This document shows positions 17,143 through 26,614 of a DNA stretch of 33,685 nucleotides, in pieces (within the stretch, counting starts at the first letter, position 1; the number at the start of each line of letters is the position of its first letter). This DNA is from a virus (Duplodnaviria > Caudoviricetes), in IMG/VR virus record IMGVR_UViG_3300044260_000023, positions 1 to 33,685 of that record, one strand, 5' to 3'. Below the pieces are notes generated by a model. The model did not search any database, was not told where the DNA came from, and saw nothing but the letters and a program-made list of their open reading frames with translations. The position numbers were made by a program, and so were the translations under genes.

Positions 17143-18657
17143 CTAAATAGCCAAGAATGGCACCCGTTTCCAGATGCGATATGGGTTCAGCTTGTACATG
17201 GCACCGGTCACAGCAGTCACACGGTCGTCGTGTTCAATCTGTGTAAAACCATCCAGTTGACCAAGGAACTTGTCATTCCACTCTGCTCTCACTATCCACA
17301 TATTGCCAGCAGCGGCTTGGCCGAACCAGTATGTGGACGCAGCCAGAACACGGTCACCAACATCCTTCGCTGGTATGCCTTCCACCCGGTGAGCTTGCAG
17401 TTCCGGATACTTTTTGAATTCCTGCTTGATGACTGCAATCCAGTTCTTTCCGGATGATGCAGGTTCCTGCTCAATGTAGACCGGGATAGTGGGGCCATCG
17501 AAACGGGCTGTGTTCAGGATGGCACTCAAAACTTTCTCTTCTTCCCAATAACCCGTGACCATGTGCTCAATGCAGAATTGCGGAGCATCCTTATCTTCGA
17601 GTTTGAATTTCGATACCAGCGCACCCACGGTCTCGTCCGGGTCATCTTTGGCCCGTTTTTTCTCCGTGCCAGCCAAATCCCAGAATCGGACACGCTTCGA
17701 GATAGTATCTGGTGCGCTATCAAGTACCTTATCATTGAACCAGAACCGGTCACCTATCTTGCCACCTTCATTGGCGAACTCACCTTCAGCTTCCTGCTGA
17801 CGGAGCCACCCGGAAGGATAGGCCATAAGGATGGATGCGTAGAAGGCCGGGTCAAGATTGGCCTTGTTTTCATCAATCGAACCGTGAAAATTCTCTATAA
17901 GAATTCTATCCCCGCCCACCGAATTAGCAAGTACGTCTATGACTTCCTGCGGGATGTCACGGTTGATGAAGAACTTGTAGACCCAATGCTCTGTGCCCTT
18001 TGGTGTGGTGGTGGCCCAGCACTGCGGCTCACGCCCGATACGCACAGCAGCCACAGCGATGTTCCACGCCATGCCCGTTGGGTCACTCGCTGCTTCGTCG
18101 TACCAGAGCCAGTTGATGTTGGCACCACGTGCACCACGTGGATTATTCAATCCTTTGCAGTAGACCTTGGCTCCATTAGTGAACACCATGACGAACGGCT
18201 GATGTGGTTCCCACTCTTCCCGGCGACGATGACGCTGCTGGGGTACCACCATGTTCCATGGTATCCAGCGTTTGAACTCGGGCCATGTGCTGGTCTTGAA
18301 GTCTGCAAATACCGGGTTGATGACTGCACCACTCTCACCCTGCATGATGCGGCGCAGAGCCTTCTGTGCCCCTGCCCCACTCTTGCCAGAGCCACGACCA
18401 CCACGGAACAGGACGAACCGGGCATTGGAATCAATAAAGGCCCGCTGCTCAACAGTGGGTTCATACAGGTGCCCATCATCACGGATAAAGAATCCGTTGG
18501 GTGCTACCGGCCATGTAATTTTCTTTTCTAGTTGTGGAGCTTTTTCGAGAACTTTCTTTTCAAGCGATACCCCCCGAGACCGCATCTCTTGTAGCATTAT
18601 CAGGAGTTGTTGGTGCTCCTGTTGTGAAAGTGGCTCAAGGAGTCTGTGTGTGGGCAT
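17143..18657 (-). CDS. terL: Terminase large subunit
   Basis: Walker A GGRGSGKS, Walker B WLWYDEA, TTTP motif III, nuclease RFWDLA...IEQE...HDDRV. Confidence 0.95.
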   Translation of the reverse strand: MPTHRLLEPLSQQEHQQLLIMLQEMRSRGVSLEKKVLEKAPQLEKKITWPVAPNGFFIRDDGHLYEPTVEQRAFIDSNARFVLFRGGRGSGKSGAGAQKALRRIMQGESGAVINPVFADFKTSTWPEFKRWIPWNMVVPQQRHRRREEWEPHQPFVMVFTNGAKVYCKGLNNPRGARGANINWLWYDEAASDPTGMAWNIAVAAVRIGREPQCWATTTPKGTEHWVYKFFINRDIPQEVIDVLANSVGGDRILIENFHGSIDENKANLDPAFYASILMAYPSGWLRQQEAEGEFANEGGKIGDRFWFNDKVLDSAPDTISKRVRFWDLAGTEKKRAKDDPDETVGALVSKFKLEDKDAPQFCIEHMVTGYWEEEKVLSAILNTARFDGPTIPVYIEQEPASSGKNWIAVIKQEFKKYPELQAHRVEGIPAKDVGDRVLAASTYWFGQAAAGNMWIVRAEWNDKFLGQLDGFTQIEHDDRVTAVTGAMYKLNPYRIWKRVPFLAI

Positions 18658-19192
18658 TCATCTTGGCCTCTTCAATGACGTTTGTCTCTTCTTCTTCTGG
18701 TATTGGGTCTGTAATAGCAGAACGCTCCAGCATTTCTGCAATCGCATTCTGTAGCTGTTCGTTGGACATTTCCCCAATCTTCTCAAAGGCTTCAGCGATG
18801 CCCATGACGTTGCGGGCTTCAGCCGTGGCCTTGAAGTACAACTGGACTGCGGCATTGGAATTGTCAATGCCTTCCAGCAGGTTTTCGGATGCCTTCTTTG
18901 CCAGAGCCACCGCAGTCTCAAACTGCTGCTTCAGTAGCTCGGCCTTGGTCTGTACCAGAGCGATGTCCACCTTGGCAAGAGCCTGTTGGTTGAGCAGTGC
19001 TGCACGCCCCATCCAATCGTTGCTCTCCATCCATGATGCGATGGTGGATTCAGATGGTCTACGCCCGTCTTCAAAGTCAGGCAAGATGCCCTGTGTTCTG
19101 GTAACCACAGGGCACCCGGCTAAAAACCATGCTTCGAAACATTTCTCACGGTAGTCGTCCGTGAAGGGTGCAACTTGTTTGTTGAAACTCAT
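18635..19192 (-). CDS. Probable terminase small subunit
   Basis: Directly upstream of TerL; HTH-like PSESTIASW...W followed by helical region. Confidence 0.6.
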   Translation of the reverse strand: MSFNKQVAPFTDDYREKCFEAWFLAGCPVVTRTQGILPDFEDGRRPSESTIASWMESNDWMGRAALLNQQALAKVDIALVQTKAELLKQQFETAVALAKKASENLLEGIDNSNAAVQLYFKATAEARNVMGIAEAFEKIGEMSNEQLQNAIAEMLERSAITDPIPEEEETNVIEEAKMNAHTQTP

Positions 19193-19512
19193 GGAAGTGG
19201 TAACTCATTCAGCCGTTTGATTTCACCGGCGACCATATCTTGGAACAACGGATAATGCTTTGACCGGACGGTGCATGCACGTATCCAGCCAGCGATACGA
19301 AGTTCATAGTCCTGTGCATCCCGGCACTCTTCCAGCTTGGGTTCCTTTGCCAAGGATGTCTTCAGGTAATTGACAACCCACTCGCTGCCAATCTGCTCGA
19401 AGGACATGACCCGCAGACCGTGCTGGTCTGACAGATACATAAGACTGTCCATCTTTTGAAAATCTTCTGTTCGATTCTGTACTTCCTTCACTCTCATAAT
19501 CCTGCGACCCAT
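19189..19512 (-). CDS. Hypothetical protein
   Basis: Translationally coupled to both neighbours. Confidence 0.6.
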   Translation of the reverse strand: MGRRIMRVKEVQNRTEDFQKMDSLMYLSDQHGLRVMSFEQIGSEWVVNYLKTSLAKEPKLEECRDAQDYELRIAGWIRACTVRSKHYPLFQDMVAGEIKRLNELPLP

Positions 19513-19814
19513 TATATGTACTGTTCCTTTCTCATTGCAGTCAGGCGAAACGCACGCATGTTCTGCATTGATTTTACCTTTTCATCCGTAACCCCGCCAT
19601 CATGAAATACGTCGTGGCAGGTGTGGCACAGCGGGGCCATGTTCTTCCAATCGTCCTTGAATTCCTTGCCCCGGCTGCGGGGGATGATGTGGTTGACTTC
19701 GGTCGCCACATGATTGCACATCACGCAGCGACCGAGAAACAGGCGCATGACAAACCCAGTGGGGTCTGTTACTTCTGGTACCACTTCTGATACTGTGTTT
19801 TTGTCAGCACCCAT
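19512..19814 (-). CDS. HNH endonuclease near terminase
   Basis: CVMC..ATEVNHIIPRSRG...NMAPLCHTCH. Confidence 0.85.
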   Translation of the reverse strand: MGADKNTVSEVVPEVTDPTGFVMRLFLGRCVMCNHVATEVNHIIPRSRGKEFKDDWKNMAPLCHTCHDVFHDGGVTDEKVKSMQNMRAFRLTAMRKEQYI

Positions 19815-20092
19815 CGGGCCTTCTCCTTCAGTTCATCCCGCCACATCAGGGACGAGTATGTGGCACCCATCCCGGTCTGGCGAAAGATATCGTAGGACTT
19901 CTGCTCGTTCTCGGGACGACAGGCCCATCGCCACATGGCCTTGTATGCTGCATCCTTGGTGATGCGCTCACCGGTGCGGGGGTTCACCGGCAATGACTCG
20001 GCCAGCGTCTTCAAGCTACGGGCATCCCCCATTTCCTGCCAGTACTTCTTGAAGATTTCTTCCCCGTTGATGTATCTAGTGCGCAGTGACAT
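19769..20092 (-). CDS. Hypothetical, possibly HTH DNA-binding protein
   Basis: Basic protein with RSLKTLAE...TKDAAYKAMW; in operon. Confidence 0.55.
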   Translation of the reverse strand: MSLRTRYINGEEIFKKYWQEMGDARSLKTLAESLPVNPRTGERITKDAAYKAMWRWACRPENEQKSYDIFRQTGMGATYSSLMWRDELKEKARWVLTKTQYQKWYQK

Positions 20093-20234
20093 CCACCTTC
20101 TCCTTCTCTGCTTCCTGCTCTTTGCGAACAGGCCAATTCTCCACCGGGATAGCTTTCTCTTTCTCCCGTTTTACTCTCTCTTGTCGGCGCACAGGTGCTT
20201 GCACCGGGGTCTCAATCTTTTTACCGATACGCAT
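20076..20234 (-). CDS. Small charged hypothetical protein
   Basis: MRIGKKIETPVQAP...; GGAG RBS before ATG 20234. Confidence 0.55.
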   Translation of the reverse strand: MRIGKKIETPVQAPVRRQERVKREKEKAIPVENWPVRKEQEAEKEKVDVTAH

Positions 20235-21393
20235 TGGGGTTCTCCATAACTCTGGACACATCCAATCTGCGGTTCCAGACGATGGACAGCAATTCGGATG
20301 CATCCTTCACGCTCATAGTGTCACCCACAATCTCGGAAATGAATGCACTATCAGCCTTCCAGCCTTTGCGGGCCGGGTAAATGAATGAGTCTTGGTCTGG
20401 CTCTATGATGCACAGGCGACGTGTGGACTGTGAGAACTTCTTGTCCATGTTGAACAGTCTGCCGCCGCCCGGAGGTGCCCAGAAGTACTCCTGCAATTCT
20501 TCCAAGTTGACACCACCATAGATGCCACAATCACAGTCTTCACGTGGGGTGTTGCTAAGACCGTGGTATTCCTGACAGGTGTGGAAGTCCATGTGGTAGT
20601 GCTCCAAGTTATCGAACACATTCGCACTCTCCAGCACCACGTGACGACCTACCATGTGGTCATCGGGCCACGACACCGGATACACCGGAGACCACAGCTT
20701 GCCGGTCTCATCCATGTGCATCACTTTCAATGCGGGCATGAAGTAATCCTTCCGCTGCATTGTCATGGCATTGAAACTGGAGACCAGCTTGGTGGTCAGT
20801 GGAGAGCCGTATGCAACCTTCAGATAGGTGTCTGCGAAGTCCACCACTTCAGACCATGGCAGAGCACGCTCGTAGTGCTCCACATAAAACTGTCGCAGGT
20901 AGTGCTCTCGGACGTAGGTGGCATCTACCAATTCCACTTCCTGCAACCCGGACGCAAACAGCAATCTCGCCAGTTCATTAGGATTCACATTCCGGAAGAA
21001 CTCTGCACTCACCATGTTGGGAGTGAACACCATGTCATCTAAGAACAACAGCGACGACCAACTGCCATGACCACCAGACACCAACGACCCGGAGATTGCA
21101 TTGAATGTGATGCCCTTGGGGGGATTGGGCAGTGATGTGCTGATTGGTGCAGGTGGTGTGGGTGGTGGAAGAATGAGTCCACCGGTCTGGTGCTTCTTTT
21201 TCTTCTCTTGTTTATCAAACCATTTTTTCATTTTCTCCACGTCCTCTTCTGTTATCTGTGGTGCCGGTGTGTTTGAAAACGTCTGGAAGTTGCCATTCAT
21301 CAGAGCTTCATGCAAGTCATGCAGCACTTCCTGATATATCTTATCGAACTCATCAGCAGTGATGATGTGTGCCTTAGCCAATTGCCACCCCAT
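20221..21393 (-). CDS. Hypothetical protein with C-terminal H/C metal motif
   Basis: Long ORF; Pro-rich linker; C-terminal CQEYH...PREDCDCGIYG...GWKA; start at 21393 or TTG 21381. Confidence 0.7.
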   Translation of the reverse strand: MGWQLAKAHIITADEFDKIYQEVLHDLHEALMNGNFQTFSNTPAPQITEEDVEKMKKWFDKQEKKKKHQTGGLILPPPTPPAPISTSLPNPPKGITFNAISGSLVSGGHGSWSSLLFLDDMVFTPNMVSAEFFRNVNPNELARLLFASGLQEVELVDATYVREHYLRQFYVEHYERALPWSEVVDFADTYLKVAYGSPLTTKLVSSFNAMTMQRKDYFMPALKVMHMDETGKLWSPVYPVSWPDDHMVGRHVVLESANVFDNLEHYHMDFHTCQEYHGLSNTPREDCDCGIYGGVNLEELQEYFWAPPGGGRLFNMDKKFSQSTRRLCIIEPDQDSFIYPARKGWKADSAFISEIVGDTMSVKDASELLSIVWNRRLDVSRVMENPNAYR

Positions 21394-21772
21394 ACTGTTG
21401 GATGAACAGACGCACCTTCTCACGCACGGTGACAGTGGTCTCGTCGTAATGCCACTCCCCCTTGAACCTCCAGCGTGCCACCAATCCTGCTGCTGCATCC
21501 ACTACCTGCTTTGGGTCTTCCACATCGTGCGTAGCCATGATGAGCAATGTGGGTTTTACTTTCTGAAGGTCATCGCACAGGCGCATCAGCAACAACCGCT
21601 GACCCACCGATGACAATGCCTCACGGTATTTGAATTCAATCAGCACATAGCATGTGTCCTGATACTCCAGAATACCGTCCAAGTCGGATGGCATCTTGCC
21701 ACCACCCAAGTCCAAGTTGTGATAACTAATCAACTGCCTAGCTCTCTCGGGGTATGTAAACATCGTGTCCAT
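21374..21772 (-). CDS. PD-(D/E)XK nuclease-like protein
   Basis: PSDLDGILEY...VLIEFK...GQ; ATG 7 nt below a promoter -10. Confidence 0.65.
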   Translation of the reverse strand: MDTMFTYPERARQLISYHNLDLGGGKMPSDLDGILEYQDTCYVLIEFKYREALSSVGQRLLLMRLCDDLQKVKPTLLIMATHDVEDPKQVVDAAAGLVARWRFKGEWHYDETTVTVREKVRLFIQQYGVAIG

Positions 21773-21779
21773 AGGACAC

Positions 21780-21808
21780 AATATACAACACAGTAGCTCC
21801 AGCGTCAA
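21780..21808 (-). promoter_or_regulatory. Leftward sigma70-type promoter (leaderless transcript)
   Basis: Minus strand TTGACG-N17-TATATT-N7-ATG. Confidence 0.6.
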
Positions 21809-21860
21809 CCCACTCTGGCTGATAGTTCCAAAACACTCATGTAACTCTTATCTCCCAGCA

Positions 21861-21890
21861 TTGACTTTGCTGGCACCATTTCTGTATAAT
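21861..21890 (+). promoter_or_regulatory. Rightward sigma70-type promoter
   Basis: TTGACT-N18-TATAAT in the divergent intergenic region. Confidence 0.65.
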
Positions 21891-21960
21891 CACGAGGGGG
21901 AACGGAAAGCGAAGCGTTAAGTATTAATTATAAAAAGAATTTTTCAACTTACTTTTCAAT

Positions 21961-21990
21961 TTGAAACCCATAAACCTATTCGTATACAAT
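21961..21990 (+). promoter_or_regulatory. Second rightward promoter
   Basis: TTGAAA-N18-TACAAT preceded by an AT-rich tract. Confidence 0.5.
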
Positions 21991-22038
21991 CATGCTATAC
22001 TAAGCTGATATTTAACTAACCATACTAGAATTCGGAGG

Positions 22039-22773
22039 TTGAAATTGGTCAAAGCATTACAGTACCTTACTAAGCTATTCAATAGTGCGGAAGATGCTCT
22101 AATCAATGCAGTATCAGCCATAGTTCCTTGGTTGGTACCAATTGTCCCAGCATACCTTACGTATGCACATGCCAGTAACCCACAGGAGTTGAATTTCCCA
22201 GCATGGGTTGCATTATCAACTGGCATCGTGGTCGAGGCTCTGGGGCTTGCCAGTATGAGAACTATCTTTCTTTTCGATGAGCATAATCGCAAGTACAAAG
22301 AAGAAAAGAAGAAAGCTCCCGTCTGGACAGCCATACTCACCTATGCGTTCTACTTGATAGTGATACTGACGGTGAATGTGGTGCTGGATTGGCAGAACGG
22401 TGTGAATGCGTATCATGTGGCAGCAGTGGCATTGCTCTCATTGCTGAGTGTGCCAGCCGGTGTGTTGATTAGCATTCGTGCACAACACACAGAACGCATC
22501 GCTGGGATTGAGAAGAAGAACGAAGAGCGTAATGCCACTAGGAGACAGAACGTTTCAGAACGTTCTACACCGAAGGCAAAACGTTCTGTCAGAACACCAG
22601 CGAGTGCACAGAGAGACCATATCTGGCAAATCATGGAGCGTGAGTACCAGCAGCAACGGATTGCCAAGGGCATTGAAGTTATTCGGGAGCTAGACCTTGA
22701 CCCCGATAACGATAAAGGATACGTGAGCACGCAGCGTAAGTTATGGGCTGAAGCCCGAGGAGTGGAGCTATGA
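22039..22773 (+). CDS. Membrane protein (about 4 TM) with basic C-terminal putative DNA-binding domain
   Basis: Hydrophobic helices, charged linker, HTH-like end; GGAGG RBS next to TTG starts. Confidence 0.75.
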   Translation: MKLVKALQYLTKLFNSAEDALINAVSAIVPWLVPIVPAYLTYAHASNPQELNFPAWVALSTGIVVEALGLASMRTIFLFDEHNRKYKEEKKKAPVWTAILTYAFYLIVILTVNVVLDWQNGVNAYHVAAVALLSLLSVPAGVLISIRAQHTERIAGIEKKNEERNATRRQNVSERSTPKAKRSVRTPASAQRDHIWQIMEREYQQQRIAKGIEVIRELDLDPDNDKGYVSTQRKLWAEARGVEL

Positions 22774-22979
22774 CAGACTTGGAAGTACAGCAGCACGGAG
22801 CATTGCAGGTCATTCGTGACTTGATACTGAGTCATGGTGCGACAGAGCCGAACCTGTATGCCGCATTGGTGCTCTGCGATGAACAGCATAAGGCGTTTCT
22901 GAAGAAGGTTGGTGACGAGGCACGTGCTACCCTGACCCAAGCACCACAAGGGCCGGGAGGGGTCTTCATCGGAGACTGA
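22770..22979 (+). CDS. Hypothetical protein
   Basis: ATGA overlap and GGAG RBS. Confidence 0.6.
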   Translation: MTDLEVQQHGALQVIRDLILSHGATEPNLYAALVLCDEQHKAFLKKVGDEARATLTQAPQGPGGVFIGD

Positions 22980-22996
22980 GTTACAAGGAGTGAACT

Positions 22997-23656
22997 ATGA
23001 ACAATGGACAGCGCAAGTTGCAAGTGTTTGAGTGGTACGGGTACCAGCTTATGGCCGGGTTTGCCTACTTCGGCTGGGGTGTGTCATCGGTGTTCTCGTA
23101 CATCGGCGTTATCTCGGTGACCAACCTGCCTTGGTGGATGAAGGCGATTGCGGCTGTGTTCTCGGTCGGCGTCAACGTGGTCGAGTTCATGTTCAACCGC
23201 ATGAGCATTGAAGATGTGTTCCACCCCGAGTCGGTGGACGATGTTATCCTGACCATCTTCGGCCTGACCTGCTACGCATACGACTACTGGACGAACATGC
23301 TTGGGTTTCTTATCCTGTTCGCCCAGACAACCAACGTAATCCTTGTGTGGCACACAGACAAGACCCTGCTCATCTGGCCTTCCCTGTTCGCTCTGGGGTT
23401 CGCCTTTGGCCCGGAGCCGCTGTTCAAGCGGTTCCTGCGTGATTGCCCTGCCAAGCCGAAGAGCTACGTGGCACCCAAGCCTAGTGCCCTGCCCTACCAG
23501 CAACCGGTGCAGCGTCCGGTCACACCCGGTCAGCAATATCCTTCCAGTGTGGGCCAGCGTCCCATGCCCGGTGTTGTGAAGAAGGGCGAGTTGGAAGCGA
23601 TGTTGGATGCGGCACGCAAGCGCACCCAGCACAGGGACGGGGATGCCGAACGGTAA
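22997..23656 (+). CDS. Membrane protein with Pro/Gln-rich tail
   Basis: AAGGAG RBS; about 4 hydrophobic segments. Confidence 0.75.
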   Translation: MNNGQRKLQVFEWYGYQLMAGFAYFGWGVSSVFSYIGVISVTNLPWWMKAIAAVFSVGVNVVEFMFNRMSIEDVFHPESVDDVILTIFGLTCYAYDYWTNMLGFLILFAQTTNVILVWHTDKTLLIWPSLFALGFAFGPEPLFKRFLRDCPAKPKSYVAPKPSALPYQQPVQRPVTPGQQYPSSVGQRPMPGVVKKGELEAMLDAARKRTQHRDGDAER

Positions 23657-24149
23657 GTGTCACAGTGCAGCAACGATAGCAGCCACCTCCGCTTTTCTGA
23701 GCTACTTCGCAGCGGGGGTGGTTGTTACGTCTACCACCATCAGTGAGTACAATGAGTGGGCAGGTTATGCAGCATTCGGTGCCTTCCTTGGACTGATACT
23801 GGAGCCTGACCTAGACCAAGACAAACAAGCTGCCCCATTGGGCATCATGCGTGAGACAGGAGGTAACACCCTTGCGAAACTCTGGCAGTTCTACTGGTCG
23901 CCCTACGCCCGTGCTATTCCCCATCGTTCGCTTTGGTCTCACGGGCCTGTTATCGGTACTCTGGGTCGTGTCCTGTATTGCTTTCCCCTTTATGCCATTC
24001 CTTTACTCACATGGACTTACTTTTTTGGATTCCCAGAGAGCCAGTTCTTCGCTATTCTGGTCGGGCTATGCTGGGTTGACCTACTCCATTTCATAATGGA
24101 CTTCTGGATACCCCGGCGTTTCTTTCCGCAGAACCCCTATAGGAGATAA
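23643..24149 (+). CDS. DUF2227-like metal-binding membrane protein
   Basis: MPNGKCH...PDLD...WSPY..IPHRS.WSHGPVIGT..R...LHFIMD. Confidence 0.8.
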   Translation: MPNGKCHSAATIAATSAFLSYFAAGVVVTSTTISEYNEWAGYAAFGAFLGLILEPDLDQDKQAAPLGIMRETGGNTLAKLWQFYWSPYARAIPHRSLWSHGPVIGTLGRVLYCFPLYAIPLLTWTYFFGFPESQFFAILVGLCWVDLLHFIMDFWIPRRFFPQNPYRR

Positions 24150-24151
24150 CT

Positions 24152-24772
24152 ATGAGAAAAGATATCTTGACAGTCGTGATGGACATTGACGGTGTGATGG
24201 CAGACTATGAGCACGAATTCTGCCAAGCGTTTGGGTACGACCATCGCAATCTGGTGGACTTGGCTGCACGGTACGTGAGCCGGTATGCAGAAGCGAAGGA
24301 ATGGCTGGACGACAGGAATGTGTATAAGAACCTGCTCCCCATCTTCCCCGGTCTGGACATCAATCACTGGCTCACCGACCGCATGAGTGACCGGCGACCA
24401 CGTGCCATCGTCAAGGTGGTGACCGGGAGACCACTCAACACCAAGCGCATCACAGAAGCGTGGCTGCACAACAACGAAGTGCGCTTTGACGAACTGATAG
24501 TGGCATCGGCCATGAAGCAGAACATCATCAAAGACCTGAAGCCCGATATCATCATTGATGATATAATTGGGGTCTGCCAGCAAGCATACAACGACATACC
24601 GAACGTGCAGTGTGTTCTCATGGCCCAGCCATGGAATGAACGGGATATCTTCTTCCCCCACATCACGACACTGACCAAATTCCAAACTATTTACGAGGAC
24701 GTTGCCCGTGAAAAGTTACTTAGCGATTCTGTCGGAGTTAGGATGGCCCCATATCTATCTAATATCACCTAA
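24152..24772 (+). CDS. HAD-family 5'(3')-nucleotidase-like protein
   Basis: DIDGV motif I, VTGR motif II, IIIDD motif IV, QPWN. Confidence 0.85.
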   Translation: MRKDILTVVMDIDGVMADYEHEFCQAFGYDHRNLVDLAARYVSRYAEAKEWLDDRNVYKNLLPIFPGLDINHWLTDRMSDRRPRAIVKVVTGRPLNTKRITEAWLHNNEVRFDELIVASAMKQNIIKDLKPDIIIDDIIGVCQQAYNDIPNVQCVLMAQPWNERDIFFPHITTLTKFQTIYEDVAREKLLSDSVGVRMAPYLSNIT

Positions 24773-25115
24773 ACAATACGAACAAATAGACGGACTGAAC
24801 ATATACAGAAAAGACCCGGATGGCACAGCCTATTCGGGTTTTTCTTCTGATGTGGAGCCTGTCATTACGTTGAGACACAATCTCCGGGGGAAAGAATTGA
24901 AGAACACAATCTATCATGAGATACTGCACATTCTTTACCCTTGGCAGAAGCACTGGTGGATTGAGTGCGCCGCAGAGGTACTTGCGAGAGGTGGTGGCCG
25001 GGGTTACTATAGTGGGGTCTACAATCACACACCAGAAGACTTACCAGACAGAGTAGTGCTGCTGGAGTTGGTGCGAAAACAGGTTATCAGATTCAATCTT
25101 AGGAGAGTGCAATGA
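24702..25115 (+). CDS. HExxH zinc metallopeptidase-like protein
   Basis: NTIYHEILHILYP...E. Confidence 0.65.
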   Translation: MPVKSYLAILSELGWPHIYLISPKQYEQIDGLNIYRKDPDGTAYSGFSSDVEPVITLRHNLRGKELKNTIYHEILHILYPWQKHWWIECAAEVLARGGGRGYYSGVYNHTPEDLPDRVVLLELVRKQVIRFNLRRVQ

Positions 25116-26614
25116 CGTTACATCGAATGGGCGACACCCTTGGTCGCCCGAGTTACGTTGCCATGGTGGTCAGGCGAGTAACTTCCACCCTTCCCCGATT
25201 TGACCCGACCAAGTATGGAGTAGCAGACTACAGTTTCTACGAAGGATTGATTGACTTCAATCTTGCCAAGACCAATGGTGTGCAACGGCCTGTCATTCGT
25301 GTGGGCCAAGGCTACTATGGTCTGGACACACAATTCAAGAATAGCTCGGTCTCCAGCAAAGGTGTGTTCCCTGTACGTGACTTCTATTGGATGCTGGACA
25401 CCAAGCAGAGTGCCAACGGCCAAGCCAACACCTGTGCCAATGCCCTGAAGACCTATGGCAATCTTGATTCGGACTCAATCCTGTGGGCTGACTTCGAACT
25501 GGCTCCAGCGAATGCCAGTTTCCTGTGGGGGTTCATCAGCACACTAAAGAGCCTGATGCCCGGTCTGAAAATTGGCATCTACACCGGCTACTCGTACTGG
25601 CAGACCTACGGCTCGACCAGTGCCACGTATGGGTTCAGTCAGTACCCACTGTGGATTGCATGGCCCGTTGACCCCTATCAGGAACCTGCACCGCTGGCTC
25701 CATGGACGACCTACTACTATCACCAGTGGACGTTCGCCGGTGATGGCAAGTTCTATGGTTGCCAATCTCTGGGAGTGGATTTGGATTATCTCAATCCCAT
25801 CTACGTGAACCCGGTGCCACCCCCGCCCCCACCTGTTGTGACCGGCACTGCTGCGACCTACACGGTCATTGGCTCACCTGCCAGCCGTGTGCGCAGTGAC
25901 CCGTCATTCGGTGACAACGTGGTAGCCAACATCCTACCCGGCTCTACGGTCTATGGTGAGATGACACCAGACAACCTGTGGCTGAAGGTGGAAGGCTATA
26001 TGTACAACACGGTCGTAACAGGCACCGTGACCACACCGACACCCCCGCCTCCCCCACCCCCGTCCAATCTCGGGCTGTATCGTGTCCTGACGGACGGTGA
26101 GCTACCACCCAGCTATGATTATGGTGGTAAGAGCCGCACAGCACAACCCGGCTGGGATGGCAATGCAATGACACCAGCAACGGTCAAGCTGCACGGAGTG
26201 AATGACCCCATATCAAACTTCAGTCCAGAAGCGGCTACTCTGGTGCAGACGTTGGACACCCCACACGGGACGTTCAACTATGTGACCCGCACTTCGGCGG
26301 GCTGGGCCAATGCGGGTCAGACTTGGCCTGACAAGATGGAGCCGATTGTGTTTGAAGGCAGTCCATCGCTACCGAACTATGTGGATGTGATTGCCGTGGA
26401 TGGTAACAAGGCATACATCCGAACGTGGCATGGAGAGACAGACCCCACGACCGATGCGGGCAAGGCTGTCATCCACCGCTGGACGAACATAGACCAGAAC
26501 AACAACTTGCATGGCACCACGAACCCAGCAGGTGATGGTATCGGATACATCGTTCTGGACTATGGCAATGATGGCGCACCGTGGATTGAATTGGATAGGC
26601 TAGTCAAAGTATGA
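25112..26614 (+). CDS. GH25 muramidase (endolysin-like) with SH3-like and additional C-terminal domains
   Basis: DYSFYEG, WADFE, GIYTG...W, YPLWIA, HQWT, GVDLD; two poly-Pro linkers; RVRSDPS...WLKV SH3b-like segment. Confidence 0.85.
   Translation: MTLHRMGDTLGRPSYVAMVVRRVTSTLPRFDPTKYGVADYSFYEGLIDFNLAKTNGVQRPVIRVGQGYYGLDTQFKNSSVSSKGVFPVRDFYWMLDTKQSANGQANTCANALKTYGNLDSDSILWADFELAPANASFLWGFISTLKSLMPGLKIGIYTGYSYWQTYGSTSATYGFSQYPLWIAWPVDPYQEPAPLAPWTTYYYHQWTFAGDGKFYGCQSLGVDLDYLNPIYVNPVPPPPPPVVTGTAATYTVIGSPASRVRSDPSFGDNVVANILPGSTVYGEMTPDNLWLKVEGYMYNTVVTGTVTTPTPPPPPPPSNLGLYRVLTDGELPPSYDYGGKSRTAQPGWDGNAMTPATVKLHGVNDPISNFSPEAATLVQTLDTPHGTFNYVTRTSAGWANAGQTWPDKMEPIVFEGSPSLPNYVDVIAVDGNKAYIRTWHGETDPTTDAGKAVIHRWTNIDQNNNLHGTTNPAGDGIGYIVLDYGNDGAPWIELDRLVKV

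Noticed and set aside
501-21613. Long plus-strand ORFs (e.g. 11177-11992, 13428-14489, 17563-18531)
   Set aside because: They are antisense shadows of well-supported minus-strand genes and have no recognisable motifs.
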